Program-made: the position numbers and the translations under genes
Source of the DNA: Octopus sinensis
Lineage: Eukaryota
Assembly: GCF_006345805.1 (NCBI RefSeq)
Contig: NC_043006.1
Coordinates: 78,120,001-78,184,000 of the forward strand
Length of the DNA: 64,000 bases
Direction of reading: 5' to 3'
Shown here: one piece after another, positions 24,552 to 36,511 of the stretch
Layout: each line of letters opens with the position of its first letter
Numbering within the stretch: position 1 is the first letter of the stretch
Notes under the pieces: generated by a model
Seen by the model: only the letters and a program-made list of their open reading frames with translations
Database searches by the model: none
What the model was told of the DNA's origin: nothing

Positions 24552-26393
24552 ATGAATTCGTTATGGTTGTGTTTTCTGCTACTATTTACCAATACATCTC
24601 TTAGCCTTCGGGTAACGATACCCGAGGTAAACGCATTATCATGTTCGGATGTTAAATGTGAATCGAAGGAAAATAGAAGCTGTGTCTGTGGTGACTTCCA
24701 CTATGCTAATAACAGTTACAGCTTAGAAGAGATGTACGATCGTTATGTCTCAAATTTCAATCTTATCAAGAATTGCAGTGAAGAATATGTGGACGATAAA
24801 AGAATTAGAGAAAAGTGTGAATCTAAAAGCAACTCATCATTATTTAATGTTTATGTTACCAGTCTTAAAACAGCGAAAGTTTATGGAAATAAATACTGCG
24901 CTTTATGCAATAAAGAGGATGATTTTATATTCTGGAATTTGCGAATAAACAACTGGGATTGTTTAAATTATATAAAATATCCGAATATCACATTTAATAC
25001 ATTTAATACAAGTAAATGTGAGTACATATTTGAACATCCCCCTTTTCCTTTTGATATCAATCGTTGTCCGAAAACTATCGATTGCTGTTGCAATGATCAA
25101 AAGGAAAAAGCTTTAAATGAAAGTTCTCGTGTTCTGTTTTATGAAAACCTGTGCTGCAATTCTTATAGTAAGCCTGTAGCACCAAATTTCGAATTTAAAT
25201 ATTTTACACGAGACAAAATTTCATTCGGGATACTTATCGACTTTAACGGTGAAAACTTTTGGGACACAAATAACAAGAGAAAAAGAGATAATCTTTGTCC
25301 TGAAAATTCTGTTTTTGATCATTATTTAGGCAAGTGCCGTAAGTCGTACGATGCTAATCGTATTACCAAAAACGATCGTCTAAACTGTACAACATTAATC
25401 GAACTAAATTCTACCGAGTATTTTCTTTTAGAAAACCAAACCCTTTTCCACAACGCTACTGAAAGTTTTCACAGTCAGGATTTCTATATTATAAATAACA
25501 GCCGTGTTTATATTTGCCAAGAACGCGTTTTAAATAGTCCTAGATATGGAGGAACTATCATTCTTACGGAATCTGAATTCTATGTATCATTGATTGGAAC
25601 TATGATCTCTGTTATAGCTTTAGCTGTGTTCTTCATCATGTACCTTGTTTTACCGCCACTCCGAAACCTATCGGGTCAAATTAACGCTTCATTTGCATTG
25701 TCATTATTTATCGCCGATTCATGTTTCCTAATTGTATTACTGGCTGGAGAATTACCAGGTTTCTGTCATTGGTTTGCTGTATGTATACAATATTCCTTTT
25801 TGGCATCCTTTTTCTGGATGAATGTCATAAGTATTAGTGTTTGCATATCAATTTGCCACAGAACTGCCCATCATGTAATGCTTTTGAACAAGAATAGAAC
25901 ATTTTTGTTATGCTCCCTTTACGCTTGGTTTACCCCTTTACTCATTATAATGCCTGCATTATTACTGGACAAGTACGACCCGACATCTAAGTTCGCACCT
26001 CAATACGGGCGAGGTACTTTTTGCTGGATGAATACGCCACTGAGTATTTTAATCTTTTTCGACATTCCGATGGCTGTGATAATTTTCATCAATATAATAG
26101 TTTATATACGCACTGCTTCCGAAATTTGTAAAGCTCGAGCTGTCATTAAGACGCAGCCGAGAAAGCAGACGATGTTCACCATCATCATAAACATGAAATT
26201 ATGTTGCCTCACTGGAGCTATGTGGATTTTTGGATACATTTCAATCACATCAGATGTACAATTTCTTCGGACACTCTACGTGCTTTTAAATGCAACTTTC
26301 GGATTATGGGTTGCATGTTGCTTTCTTTGCACGAAAACTGTAGCTAATCTGACCAAAGAGAAAATCAAATCTGTAACTGCATCTGCAAGTTAA
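24552..26393 (+). CDS. Class B / adhesion-like (Methuselah-like) 7TM GPCR, GAIN-less, degenerate SMB domain, 613 aa, single coding exon (GPCR-1)
   Basis: Intact ORF with a signal peptide, a Cys-rich N-glycosylated ectodomain (YGNKYCALCN motif) and 7 hydrophobic helices with class-B-like motifs (RNLSG..SLFIA, YSFLASFFWMN, FCW.N, NMKLCCLTGAMWIFG, LNATFG). No GPS-type C.C.HL motif before TM1. Confidence 0.93.
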   Translation: MNSLWLCFLLLFTNTSLSLRVTIPEVNALSCSDVKCESKENRSCVCGDFHYANNSYSLEEMYDRYVSNFNLIKNCSEEYVDDKRIREKCESKSNSSLFNVYVTSLKTAKVYGNKYCALCNKEDDFIFWNLRINNWDCLNYIKYPNITFNTFNTSKCEYIFEHPPFPFDINRCPKTIDCCCNDQKEKALNESSRVLFYENLCCNSYSKPVAPNFEFKYFTRDKISFGILIDFNGENFWDTNNKRKRDNLCPENSVFDHYLGKCRKSYDANRITKNDRLNCTTLIELNSTEYFLLENQTLFHNATESFHSQDFYIINNSRVYICQERVLNSPRYGGTIILTESEFYVSLIGTMISVIALAVFFIMYLVLPPLRNLSGQINASFALSLFIADSCFLIVLLAGELPGFCHWFAVCIQYSFLASFFWMNVISISVCISICHRTAHHVMLLNKNRTFLLCSLYAWFTPLLIIMPALLLDKYDPTSKFAPQYGRGTFCWMNTPLSILIFFDIPMAVIIFINIIVYIRTASEICKARAVIKTQPRKQTMFTIIINMKLCCLTGAMWIFGYISITSDVQFLRTLYVLLNATFGLWVACCFLCTKTVANLTKEKIKSVTASAS

Positions 26394-26445
26394 TGTAAAA
26401 TATACAGACATGTAAGCAATCAGTTTCCGATATACAAAGTATTCT

Positions 26446-26451
26446 ATTAAA
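26446..26451 (+). terminator. Putative polyadenylation signal of GPCR-1 (ATTAAA)
   Basis: ATTAAA about 50 nt after the stop codon, followed by GT-rich GTTATTGTT. Confidence 0.45.
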
Positions 26452-26515
26452 GTTATTGTTACAAAGTTTATTTGAATGAACCAAAATATACGCACAAAAA
26501 TATCATACATGTAAA

Positions 26516-26546
<31 letters not shown>

Positions 26547-26662
26547 GACAATCTTATCCTTATTTATATAAATTTGTATATATATATCGCCATGTTGATT
26601 CGTTAGCTACTGCACGCATTTTTTTTCTCTCCTTCTTTCTGTGTTTTTTTTCTCTCTGTGTA

Positions 26663-26700
26663 TCTTTCTGTTGAAGAGCGTAGGCTCGAAACGTTAAAGA
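26663..26700 (+). ncRNA. Hammerhead-like motif, A6U core variant (element about 26586-26805)
   Basis: TCTTT-CTGTTGA-A-GAGC-gtag-GCTC-GAAA-CGT-T|AAAGA; all stems are intact. Confidence 0.62.
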
Positions 26701-26918
26701 CTTGTTTTATTTATATTTCCTGAGCGCCATACTAATACAATTGTTCGTTTGTTTTCCACCTGCCTTCGTCTTTTGTCTATTTTCATAAAGCTTCCCGTTA
26801 TATATATATATATATACATGTACGTATGTATGCATGTATGTATGTATGTATGTATGTATGTATGGATGCATATAAACACACTCACATGCATATATGATAT
26901 ACATGTACACGTATAATT

Positions 26919-27623
26919 GGCGAAGTTTCGCTTGTCGAAGTTTCGCTTGTCGAAGTTTCGCTTGTCGTAGCACAAGTTTTCCGTCGATTTCCGTAAAAAA
27001 CTTTTATTTTTTTACATAAGTAATGAGAGCGAAAGAGACTAAGAGGAAGCGATTTTATGACGAGGGAAGTTTGTCTTTGAAGTTACCGTCTAGGGGAAGC
27101 ATTGATGTACATGTGTGTGTGTGTGTGTTTGATGGGGTGTGGGAGACATATATGTATGTCTGCATGTATGTGTGTGTATGTATGTGTAAGTATGTGTGTG
27201 TGTGTATGTATGTGTGTGTGTGTATGTATGTATGGCCGATTCATCGTAATTACGATGAATCGGCCATACATACATAGATACATACACACACACACATACA
27301 TGCAGACATACATATACACATACACCGAGTAAAAAATTTCAGTTATCTCTCTCTTTCACACATTACTCTCTCTGTCTCTTCACACACACTAACAGAAGCA
27401 CTTCACTTACACAACATACTGTCTCCCACACCCCATCAAACACACACACACACACACACATGTACATCAATGCTTCCCCTAGACGGTAACTTCAAAGACA
27501 AACTTCCCTCGTCATAAAATCGCTTCCTCTTAGTCTCTTTCGCTCTCATTACTTATGTAAAAAAATAAAAGTTTTTTACGGAAATCGACGGAAAACTTGT
27601 GCTACGACAAGCGAAACTTCGCC
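26919..27623. mobile_element. Young Merlin-type MITE with ~200-bp near-perfect TIRs, 8-bp TSD (GTATAATT/GTATATTT)
   Basis: TIRs start GGCGAAGTTTCGCTTGTCG; the interior is homologous to 23232-23647; a 15-bp unit is triplicated in the left TIR. Confidence 0.78.
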
Positions 27624-27632
27624 GTATATTTA

Positions 27633-27668
<36 letters not shown>

Positions 27669-28065
27669 TGTATGTATGTATGTATGTATGTATATATGTA
27701 TATGCACACACACGTATATGCGATATATCTCTATGATGTATATGATTTTGTATGTACATAAATGTATATAATTCTTACGCTTGTTTTACTAAACGTAATG
27801 TCACAGAATATAGAATAAATTTTTGTCTCTATGGCAACCATGCGTTTATCATTATTATTAGTAAAATAAGTGAAAAGTATTGAATCCTAACCAGGCCGTT
27901 TTTTTATTATTTATTTATTTTAACCGACTTGAGTTGAACATTGACGCGCATGCACAAATCAACAAATATTGATAAATACAAATACAAAGATAATTACATA
28001 TGGGGAGCATATTCATATGCGCATGTTTGCATATTGACATATATATATATATACATATATGCAGG

Positions 28066-28138
<73 letters not shown>

Positions 28139-28223
28139 CACATAATATGCATACATATATATATAAATATTTACACATACATACACTTACTTCGACACGC
28201 ACACAGAGGAATGTACGAGTATG

Positions 28224-28256
<33 letters not shown>

Positions 28257-28296
28257 GTGTGTGTGTGTGTTTGTATGTATGTATGTAGGTACGTAC

Positions 28297-28327
<31 letters not shown>

Positions 28328-28546
28328 TGTATATATGTATGTATGTATGTATAGAGTGTTTGAAGTGGTGTACTGATATTGTATATTGAGAAAAAACGAG
28401 GCAGTCGTAATTTTGGAGCGAGTCAGAATTCGTTAATTAGCGCTTTCGGTTGTTTGCCAACTGAAGTCTTCCAGACAAAAATTAATACCAAAATGATACT
28501 TTTTCACAGTATATATAAGATACCACCTGCATCACCTGGACCGGCG

Positions 28547-28581
<35 letters not shown>

Positions 28582-28707
28582 TGTATGTATGTATGTATGT
28601 ATGTATGTATGTATGCATGCATGCATGCATGCATGTATGTATGTATGTATGTATGTATATGTATGTATGTATGTATGCATGCATGTATGTATATTTATAT
28701 GTATATA

Positions 28708-29314
28708 TCTATTATATAAAATGTATTCTGTCTGTCTGTCTGTGTGTGTCTTCTAGGATTTCGGGCATCCTCCATCTGATTGCGCTCAAATTTGATATGT
28801 AGATAACGACGGTATCAGGGCGTGTTTAAGTCTTGAAAAAATTACAATAATATATTCCAGGTGAGAATGCGATCGATAAAGCCGTGGGAACGTGCATTTG
28901 TACGCGCAGTACATCAGCTGTTGCGATCAATACTATGCGTATGCGAGAAAAATGCACGTGCAGTTAGCGCAAAAAAAAGCCGGCTCGCTTGAAATAATGC
29001 CACAAAATGCAATATATTTAAGAGACCAAAAAAGTAAGATGCAAAAGAGATATTTTCTTCAAACTTGGTATAAATGAAGGAAAGACTATTTGGTTTCTCA
29101 AGAAGATTTTGTTTTGTTTTTTTTCGTCTGTCGTATGTTCTGTGTTCAAATTCCGCCGAGGTCGACTTTATCTTTCATCCTTTCGGGATCAACAAAAGTT
29201 TTATTGAAATAAAGGCATGCTTAATTATTTTTTTAATGAAACGAAAATACTGATTGATTTTTATTCAGCAGATATGATTCATCACCGTCCATTGGACGGG
29301 GGACGTTTTGCTCG
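28708..29314 (+). mobile_element. Non-autonomous Helitron-like element (contains a SINE-C fragment)
   Basis: A|TC start, microsatellite, 3' hairpin CCGTCCATTGGACGG, then CTCG|T (degenerate CTRR); no TSD. Confidence 0.58.
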
Positions 29315-29401
29315 TATATATATATATGTCCGAAATCAGGATTCCATGATAGATCGTTAGCTCCTACACACATTTTTTCTCTCCTTGTTTTTTTCCTTGT
29401 A

Positions 29402-29439
29402 TCTTTCTGTCGAAGAGAGTAGGATCGAAACGTAAAAGA
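29402..29439 (+). ncRNA. Hammerhead-like motif, A6U family copy 2 (element about 29335-29540)
   Basis: TCTTT-CTGTCGA-A-GAGA-gtag-GATC-GAAA-CGT-A|AAAGA; stem II is partly decayed. Confidence 0.55.
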
Positions 29440-29535
29440 CTTTTTCTATTTCTATTCCTGAGCGCTATACTAATACATTTGTTTGTTTGTACTCCACCTG
29501 CCTTCGTCTTTTGTTTATTTTCGTATACTTTCCGG

Positions 29536-29591
<56 letters not shown>

Positions 29592-29815
29592 GTACAGAGG
29601 ACTCCAGTGTAATCGATAGGCAGGAGAAGGTGCAGCTGAAGTGTAGAAAGTCCAATAGAAGTTCGTGTGTGATGAGAGGAGACAGGATCAACTGGTGCGA
29701 CCACCTGAGCGTGTAATATATGGGGAGAATTCACAAAAAAATAAAAGAAAAGACGAAGACATGTGGTGTAGACAACAAACAGAAATATTATTGTAACGCT
29801 CGGGAAGTGAAACAG

Positions 29816-29852
29816 TCTTTAACGTTTTGATCCAACGCTCTTCCACAGAAAG
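29816..29852 (-). ncRNA. Hammerhead-like motif, A6U family copy 3 (element about 29705-29900)
   Basis: CTTT-CTGTGGA-A-GAGC-gttg-GATC-AAAA-CGT-T|AAAGA; G12 is mutated. Confidence 0.5.
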
Positions 29853-31253
29853 GAACACAGAGAGAAACAAGAAGAGAAAATAAATAATGTGTAGTAGCTG
29901 TATATATATATATATATATACATATATATGTACATGCATGTATATATGTATATATTTATGTATGTACATAAACTGTGCTTGAATGTATGTGCATGGCCGT
30001 TTCTCGTAAAGTTTCTATATATGTTGTTTGTAGTTGTACATTTGTGTTTTGTGTAAGTGGGGGGGGGCAGGGGGCAGGAGAAGCGGTTAGCGTGACACAG
30101 AGTGTGACAAGGCCGGCCCTTTGAAATACGGGTACAACAGAAACAGGAAGTAAGAGTGAGAGAGAGTTGTGGTGAAAGAGTACAGCAGGGATCACCACCA
30201 TCCCCTGCCGGAGCCTCGTGGAGCTTTTTGGTGTTTCCGCTCAATAAACACTCACAACGCCCGGTCTGGGAATCGAAACCGCGATCTTATGACCGCGAGT
30301 CCGCTGCCCTAACCACTGGGCCATTGCGCCTCCACGGTTAGTAATATGCACTCTTCATATACCGTTGATGTTTTTTTTTTCATTGCTTGCGTAAGAATTT
30401 AAAACATGATGCCAGTTCTACTATTACATGTTAATTAAAAGCATAGCGTTTAATACTAAGTTAATAAGCTCATGATGTGATCACTAATAAAATTTCTTGT
30501 ACGCTAAACTCAAGAATTTCATGTATGTTAGTCATTAAGTATCTTTCTTTTAATCGTTTCATTGTATGTAAACCCCCGCACTTTATGTATATCTTTGTAT
30601 AGTCCCGCTTATCCTCAGTCCTTGTGGCAAATAAATGAAATCATTATTATCATGATTATTGAAGGCGGCGAGCTGGCAGAGTCGTTAGCACGCCGGGCGA
30701 AATGCTTAGCGGTATTTCGTCCGCCGTTACGTTGTGAGTTCAAATTCCGCCGAGGTCGACTTTGCCTTTCATCCTTTTGGGGTCGATAAATTAAGTACCA
30801 GTTACGCACTGGCGTCGATGTAATCGACTTAATACCTATGTCTGTCCTTGTTTGTCCCATCTGTGTTTAGCCCCTTGTGGGCAATAAAGAAATAGGTATT
30901 TCGTCTGCTGCTACGTTCTGAGTTCAAATTCCGCCTACGTCGACTTTACCTTTCATCCTTTAGGGCTCGATAAATTAAGTACCAGTTAGGCACTGGTGTC
31001 GATATAATCGACTTATTCCGTTTGTCTGTCCTTGTTTGTCCTCTCTGTGTTTGGCCCCTTGTGGGTAGTAAAGAAATAGGTATTTCGTCAGCCGTTATGT
31101 TCTGAGTTCAAATTCAGCCGAGGTCGACTTTATCTTTCATCCTTTCGGGGTCAACAAAATAAGTACCACTGAAATACTGGGGTCGATGTAACCGACTAGT
31201 ACCCTCCAACCAAATTTCAGGCCTTGTTTCTATAGTATTATTATTATTATTAT

Positions 31254-31327
<74 letters not shown>

Positions 31328-32294
31328 AGTGAGAGAGCAGTGCATGCCATCAAAATGACACTGGGGTAAGATATACGAAGCCCAGTATACTCATCATGAC
31401 TACCCCTCCGATAAGGGTACACCAGGCACATGCATCACAACCATATGTGCGCGACATGGTGATCTCATACCAAGATGAACAGCGCAATGACTTTGCAGGT
31501 TGGGCCCAGTTAGAAAGTTCTTCAGGTCGAGTAGCCCATCCTGCTCAAAAGTTCCCTGAATAAGGGTTTCTGAAAGATTTTAAACGAAAGACCCATGTTT
31601 CTAAAATGTGAATCATCCAAACTCCAAAGGATTCCTTTCAACATATGGCTATGATGTTCCCTCACTACTTCTGCTCGTGATCAGAGATGCACATATCGTC
31701 AACCACTAAGGGGCAAACTCAACTGGTGAAGATCAAACAACTGACAAGTAAATATGTGGTATTGTGCAGAATATTTGCTGTAATCCATCTTTTATTCCAA
31801 GACAAAACAATGTACATGATAACATTTCCAATTAGTTAAGATCAGAAGCCACGAGTGCCACTGTCTGGTACTCATGTCAATTCAAATTTCTCCGACGTAT
31901 TTCTAGAACATGCTTGTTTGTGCTCAATTGCCCCTAACTACCATGGAAAGTGTCAGCTGCATTCAACCAGCAGACTAAGGTGACACTTGTTCATGCTTCA
32001 ATAATTCTGCAGAGGAGAATTGTTCACTTTTTCTTCTTTCTCTTCGATCATGTTGTCACCAGGACACGTTATGTCGATTGTCAGGTATGTTTTGCATCTT
32101 TTCTGTTCGCTACAACAATGTCAAGTTTTCGATGTCTAATCTGATGATTATTTTAAATCATTGCATCCCATAGGATTTTGCAATCCTCATTCTCAGTAAA
32201 TTCTTCTCGGGTTTGGCCAAAGCATCTTTGGGCACGAAGTGTTGGGTCAACCTTCAGAAGGAGCAAGTGTCTCTCTTGTGTTGTATTTGTAATA

Positions 32295-32340
<46 letters not shown>

Positions 32341-34566
32341 CATATACGACGGACCTCTTTCAGTTTCCGTCTACCAAATCCACTCATAAGGCTTTAGTCG
32401 CCCGAGGTTATAGTAAAAGACACTTGCCCAAGATGCCACGCAGTGGGACTGTATCCGGAACCATGTGGTTGGTAAGCAAGCTACTTAACACACAGCCACT
32501 CCTGCGCCTAGGAAAATAACACGCTTTTTGCAAATATACAAAGATATTTGTTTTATTTAATTTGAAGGTGAAGAATATTTCATTTTGATTAATATCAATT
32601 CATTATTATATAGTAGCACGCGAGCCCCTTGATAACAGTTAAATAATAATTACTATACATATACCCTATATTCTGAGTGGCGAAATTATATTTCCAAAGT
32701 TACCCCTTATATGATGGAAGCCATTCTAACAGTGTTATATGTTATTAATTACATGCAACTGTACGTATCTTCTTCATGTAGGATGGTTAGGAACTGCATA
32801 GCATCAGACGATTTACCTGTCAGCACATAATAATGTTGGTTAGAGGTCAAATGCGTCAAAACGTTTATTTACATGTAAGCTTTTTCGGATTATATTTTCA
32901 TGTGAGCCAGAAATGAAACTAGCACAGCTTATAGAATATCGTTTACTCAAATAAAAGGTCAACGGTTTTGCAAGCTGTTGTAGTCTCCAGCCAAGGGCCT
33001 AGCAATCACTCATTGAATTAGTTAAGTAAAAATTAATTGAATTTTCATCGCTTTTAAGCGATCAAACAATTTCACTTGTTTGATCGCTGGAATTATCGTT
33101 CAATCATTGTGGATCATTGAATTAGCGTGTGAGTGGCAGAGTATTCCTCGGACATGTATGGTATCAACATAATTCTCAAGTAGAGTCAGCATGACACAGA
33201 GTATGAGAAGGCTAGCTTTTAAATTACAGGTGCAATTCATCTGACGGCCTTCTGTATAGTTTCTGCTTTCCAGTTAAAATTGCGAGGATTATACCGGTCC
33301 AAGATAATTGTAATTATAACTTGACCACGATGCTATGCAGTGGGACTAACACGAAACCCGATCGCAAAGCGAACTTCTTAAGCATTCGTACAATGCTGTA
33401 TCCAGATCAGTGCTACAAACTCGAAATTAGCTTGGTTCAGTGGTTAGAGCGTCGGGCTCACTAACATGAAGTACTAAAATCGATTCCCGGATAGGGCTGT
33501 GTGTTGTGCTCTTGGGCAAGACACTTTATTTCCCGTTGCTCCAGTTCACTCAGCCGTAGAAATGAGTTGCGACGTCACTGGTGTCAAACTGTATCGACTC
33601 TATGGGCTGTAACGGCCTTTGCTTTTCCCTTGGATAACATCGTTGGCGTGGAGAGTGAAGGCTAGTATGATTGGGCGACTGCTGGTCTTCCATAAACATC
33701 CTTGCCCAGACTTGTGCTTCAGAGGGGAACTTTCTAGGTGCATTCCAACTGTCATTCTTGAGCGAAGGGACTCTTTATCTCTACCTAGTTAGTGACAAGT
33801 GATTGTAAGTAGGAATCATACGAAAATTGAGCACGTAATGTAACAAAATCATGAGCATGCACGACTTATGTGGGATGAGGCTCTACGGGAGAGAAATCTG
33901 CTTTAGATCTAACTAGAATACTCTACGTAGATGTTTCATTTTACAGAAAATGGTTAAAATGTGTGAAACGCAAACTTAGGCCTGCAAGATGTAGGCAATA
34001 TTAGATTTGAAAATCATTTCTTAGATAGGGGCCGTCAAACTGTAACTGAGGAGCTATAAAATCTAACATATATATCATTTGTATTTATTCAAGCAACGAT
34101 TTTAAGTGATGCAGATGACGGAGAAATACAAACTTAAAACATAGCGTGATTAGATATCACAATACACTTCAATAACCTGATACGATCATTTTCCAATCAT
34201 GTACAGTCTGGACTACATATAATTGTTAGATCATCAAATTTATTATATATTTTTTAAAGTTATTGATACTCTACAAAATGCACATGGGGCCCACAATTGA
34301 GAATCGCTCTCACCTCTACGTGTACAAATATTTTAGATCACATCCATAAAAGAGCAGCCCGACTGGTTAACACAAAGTTACTTGTAGACTCTTTCCAATT
34401 TCCATCTCACAGTTGCACTCTCTCCTGTCTCTTCCTCTCTAAAGCCATGATAAATTTGTCTGCTCCTCTGTAATGGCTGAGTTGATGCCAACACCTCTCA
34501 AGCATTGCCATAAAAATTGCCTCTTCTATCATCACCGATGTTATACCCATATAAATACATACATAT

Positions 34567-34642
<76 letters not shown>

Positions 34643-34769
34643 TATATATATATACCGCACTAATGAACTGTCTTCCCTTCCGGCAACATCTTCTATCAAA
34701 AATTCTCTAACTACTCAAAACTTATCAAGATATAAGTGTTGACTTGTAGAACGTCCAAGAAGCCATCAT

Positions 34770-35100
34770 TCTTACCGATTTAGGAATTCTAAATAGAGAA
34801 GACCATGGGCTTCGCTTCTTCGTCTAGACCTAGCAAGTAAAATAACAGTGTCTTTATGAACAATAGCGTTGTTTAATATCTGTTTCTTATTGTGTGAACA
34901 TTGGTTCGCACAATATCTAATGGTGATACGGAATGGCGAATATTTGTGAAAATTGGTTTTCAATGTCTATCTCGTACACCGAGGCGACTCTTGAGTCTAT
35001 CTCTTACATTGCTAATGACATTCTTAACTTCATTTAAGCTTTCTTTTCATTTCCCTATTTTAAAGAGAAAATATTTCTTCTTCTTCGAAATATTTGTGAA
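34770..35100 (-). mobile_element. Possible decayed Penelope-like C-terminal fragment
   Basis: ILLARSRRRSEAHGLLYLEFLNR* weakly resembles PLE C-termini. Confidence 0.3.
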
Positions 35101-35255
35101 TATCACAAATAAGATGTTTGACATTATATATACATATATATGTGCGTGCGTGCGTGTGTGTGTGTGACAGAGTTTTTGTGTGCACGCACGCGCGCGCGCG
35201 TGTGTGTGTGTGTATGTATTTATGTAGATAGATACATAGATACATAGATAGATAC

Positions 35256-35342
<87 letters not shown>

Positions 35343-35735
35343 TAGACATGTGCGTGTGTGTGCATATGTATATATTCTTTTATTCCTTTACTTATTCTAG
35401 TCACTTGATTGCGGCTATACTGGAGCGTTAGCCGAAGAAATCGACCCCAGGACTTATTCTTTGTAAGCCTAGTACTTACTCTATCATCAGATTTGCCAAA
35501 CGGATCAGTAATGGTGACGTAAACACACGAGCCTCAGTTGTCAAGCGATGTTTGGTGGGCTGCGGGGAAGAACATAGACACAAACGTATAAATACACAAA
35601 TTCACATACAGACACACAGACACACAGAGAGACACACTCACAAACACACAGACATACGACAGGCTTCTTTGAGTTTCCGTCTACCATCTCCACCCACGAT
35701 GCTTTCGTCAGTCCCAGGATATAGCAGTGGGACAA

Positions 35736-35816
<81 letters not shown>

Positions 35817-35850
35817 TAGCTATAATAATAATAATAATAATAATAATAGC

Positions 35851-35896
<46 letters not shown>

Positions 35897-35961
35897 GCTA
35901 TAATAATAATAATAATAATAATAATAGCTATAATAATAATAATGATAATAATAATAATAAT

Positions 35962-36511
35962 TGATGCAGTACCAGGCAGTGGCTCTCATGGCTTTTGATC
36001 TTAACTGATTGGAAGTGTTATCATGTACATTGTTTTGTCTTGGTATAAAAGATGGGCTACAGCAAATATTCTGCTCAATACCACAGATTTGCTTGTCAGT
36101 TGTTTGACCTTAACCAGTTGAGCATGCCCCTTAGTGGCTGACGATATGTGCATCTCTGATCACGAGCAGAAGTAGTGGGGGAGCATCATAGCCGTGTGTT
36201 GAGAGGGATTCTTTGGGGTTTGAATAATTCACCTCTGGAAACATGGGTGGTTTTTTCAACATCCTTAAACAACCCTTATTCAGGGACCGTTTGAGCGGGA
36301 TGGGCTACTCAACCTGAAGAAAATTCTAACTGGGCCCCACCTGCAAGGTCATGTGCTGTTTATCTTGATATGAGATCACCATGTCGCGCACATATGGTTG
36401 TGATGCATGTGCCTGGTGTACCCTTATCAGACGGGTAGTCATGATGGGTATATTGGGCTTCGTATATTTTACCCCAGTGTCACTTCGATGGCATGAACTG
36501 CTCTCTCACTC
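35962..36511 (+). mobile_element. ~550-bp non-coding retroelement-like repeat embedded in (AAT)n (family D); copies at 31328-31875 (-), 42992-43544 (+), 43753-44265 (+), 3' fragments at 12425-12585 and 13800-13950 (-)
   Basis: High identity among copies, constant 3' end CTCTCTCACTC followed by (AAT)n (or (ACT)n at 31328), no ORF and no tRNA head. Confidence 0.8.

Noticed and set aside
36120-36330. CTGACGA and CTGAAGA within family D as hammerhead cores
   Set aside because: Neither is followed by a closing stem and GAAA with a valid stem III.
35962-36511. Family D as a solo LTR (TG...CA ends, internal TATAAAA)
   Set aside because: The 5' ends vary, there is no 4-6-bp TSD, and the constant 3' trinucleotide tail fits a non-LTR mechanism.
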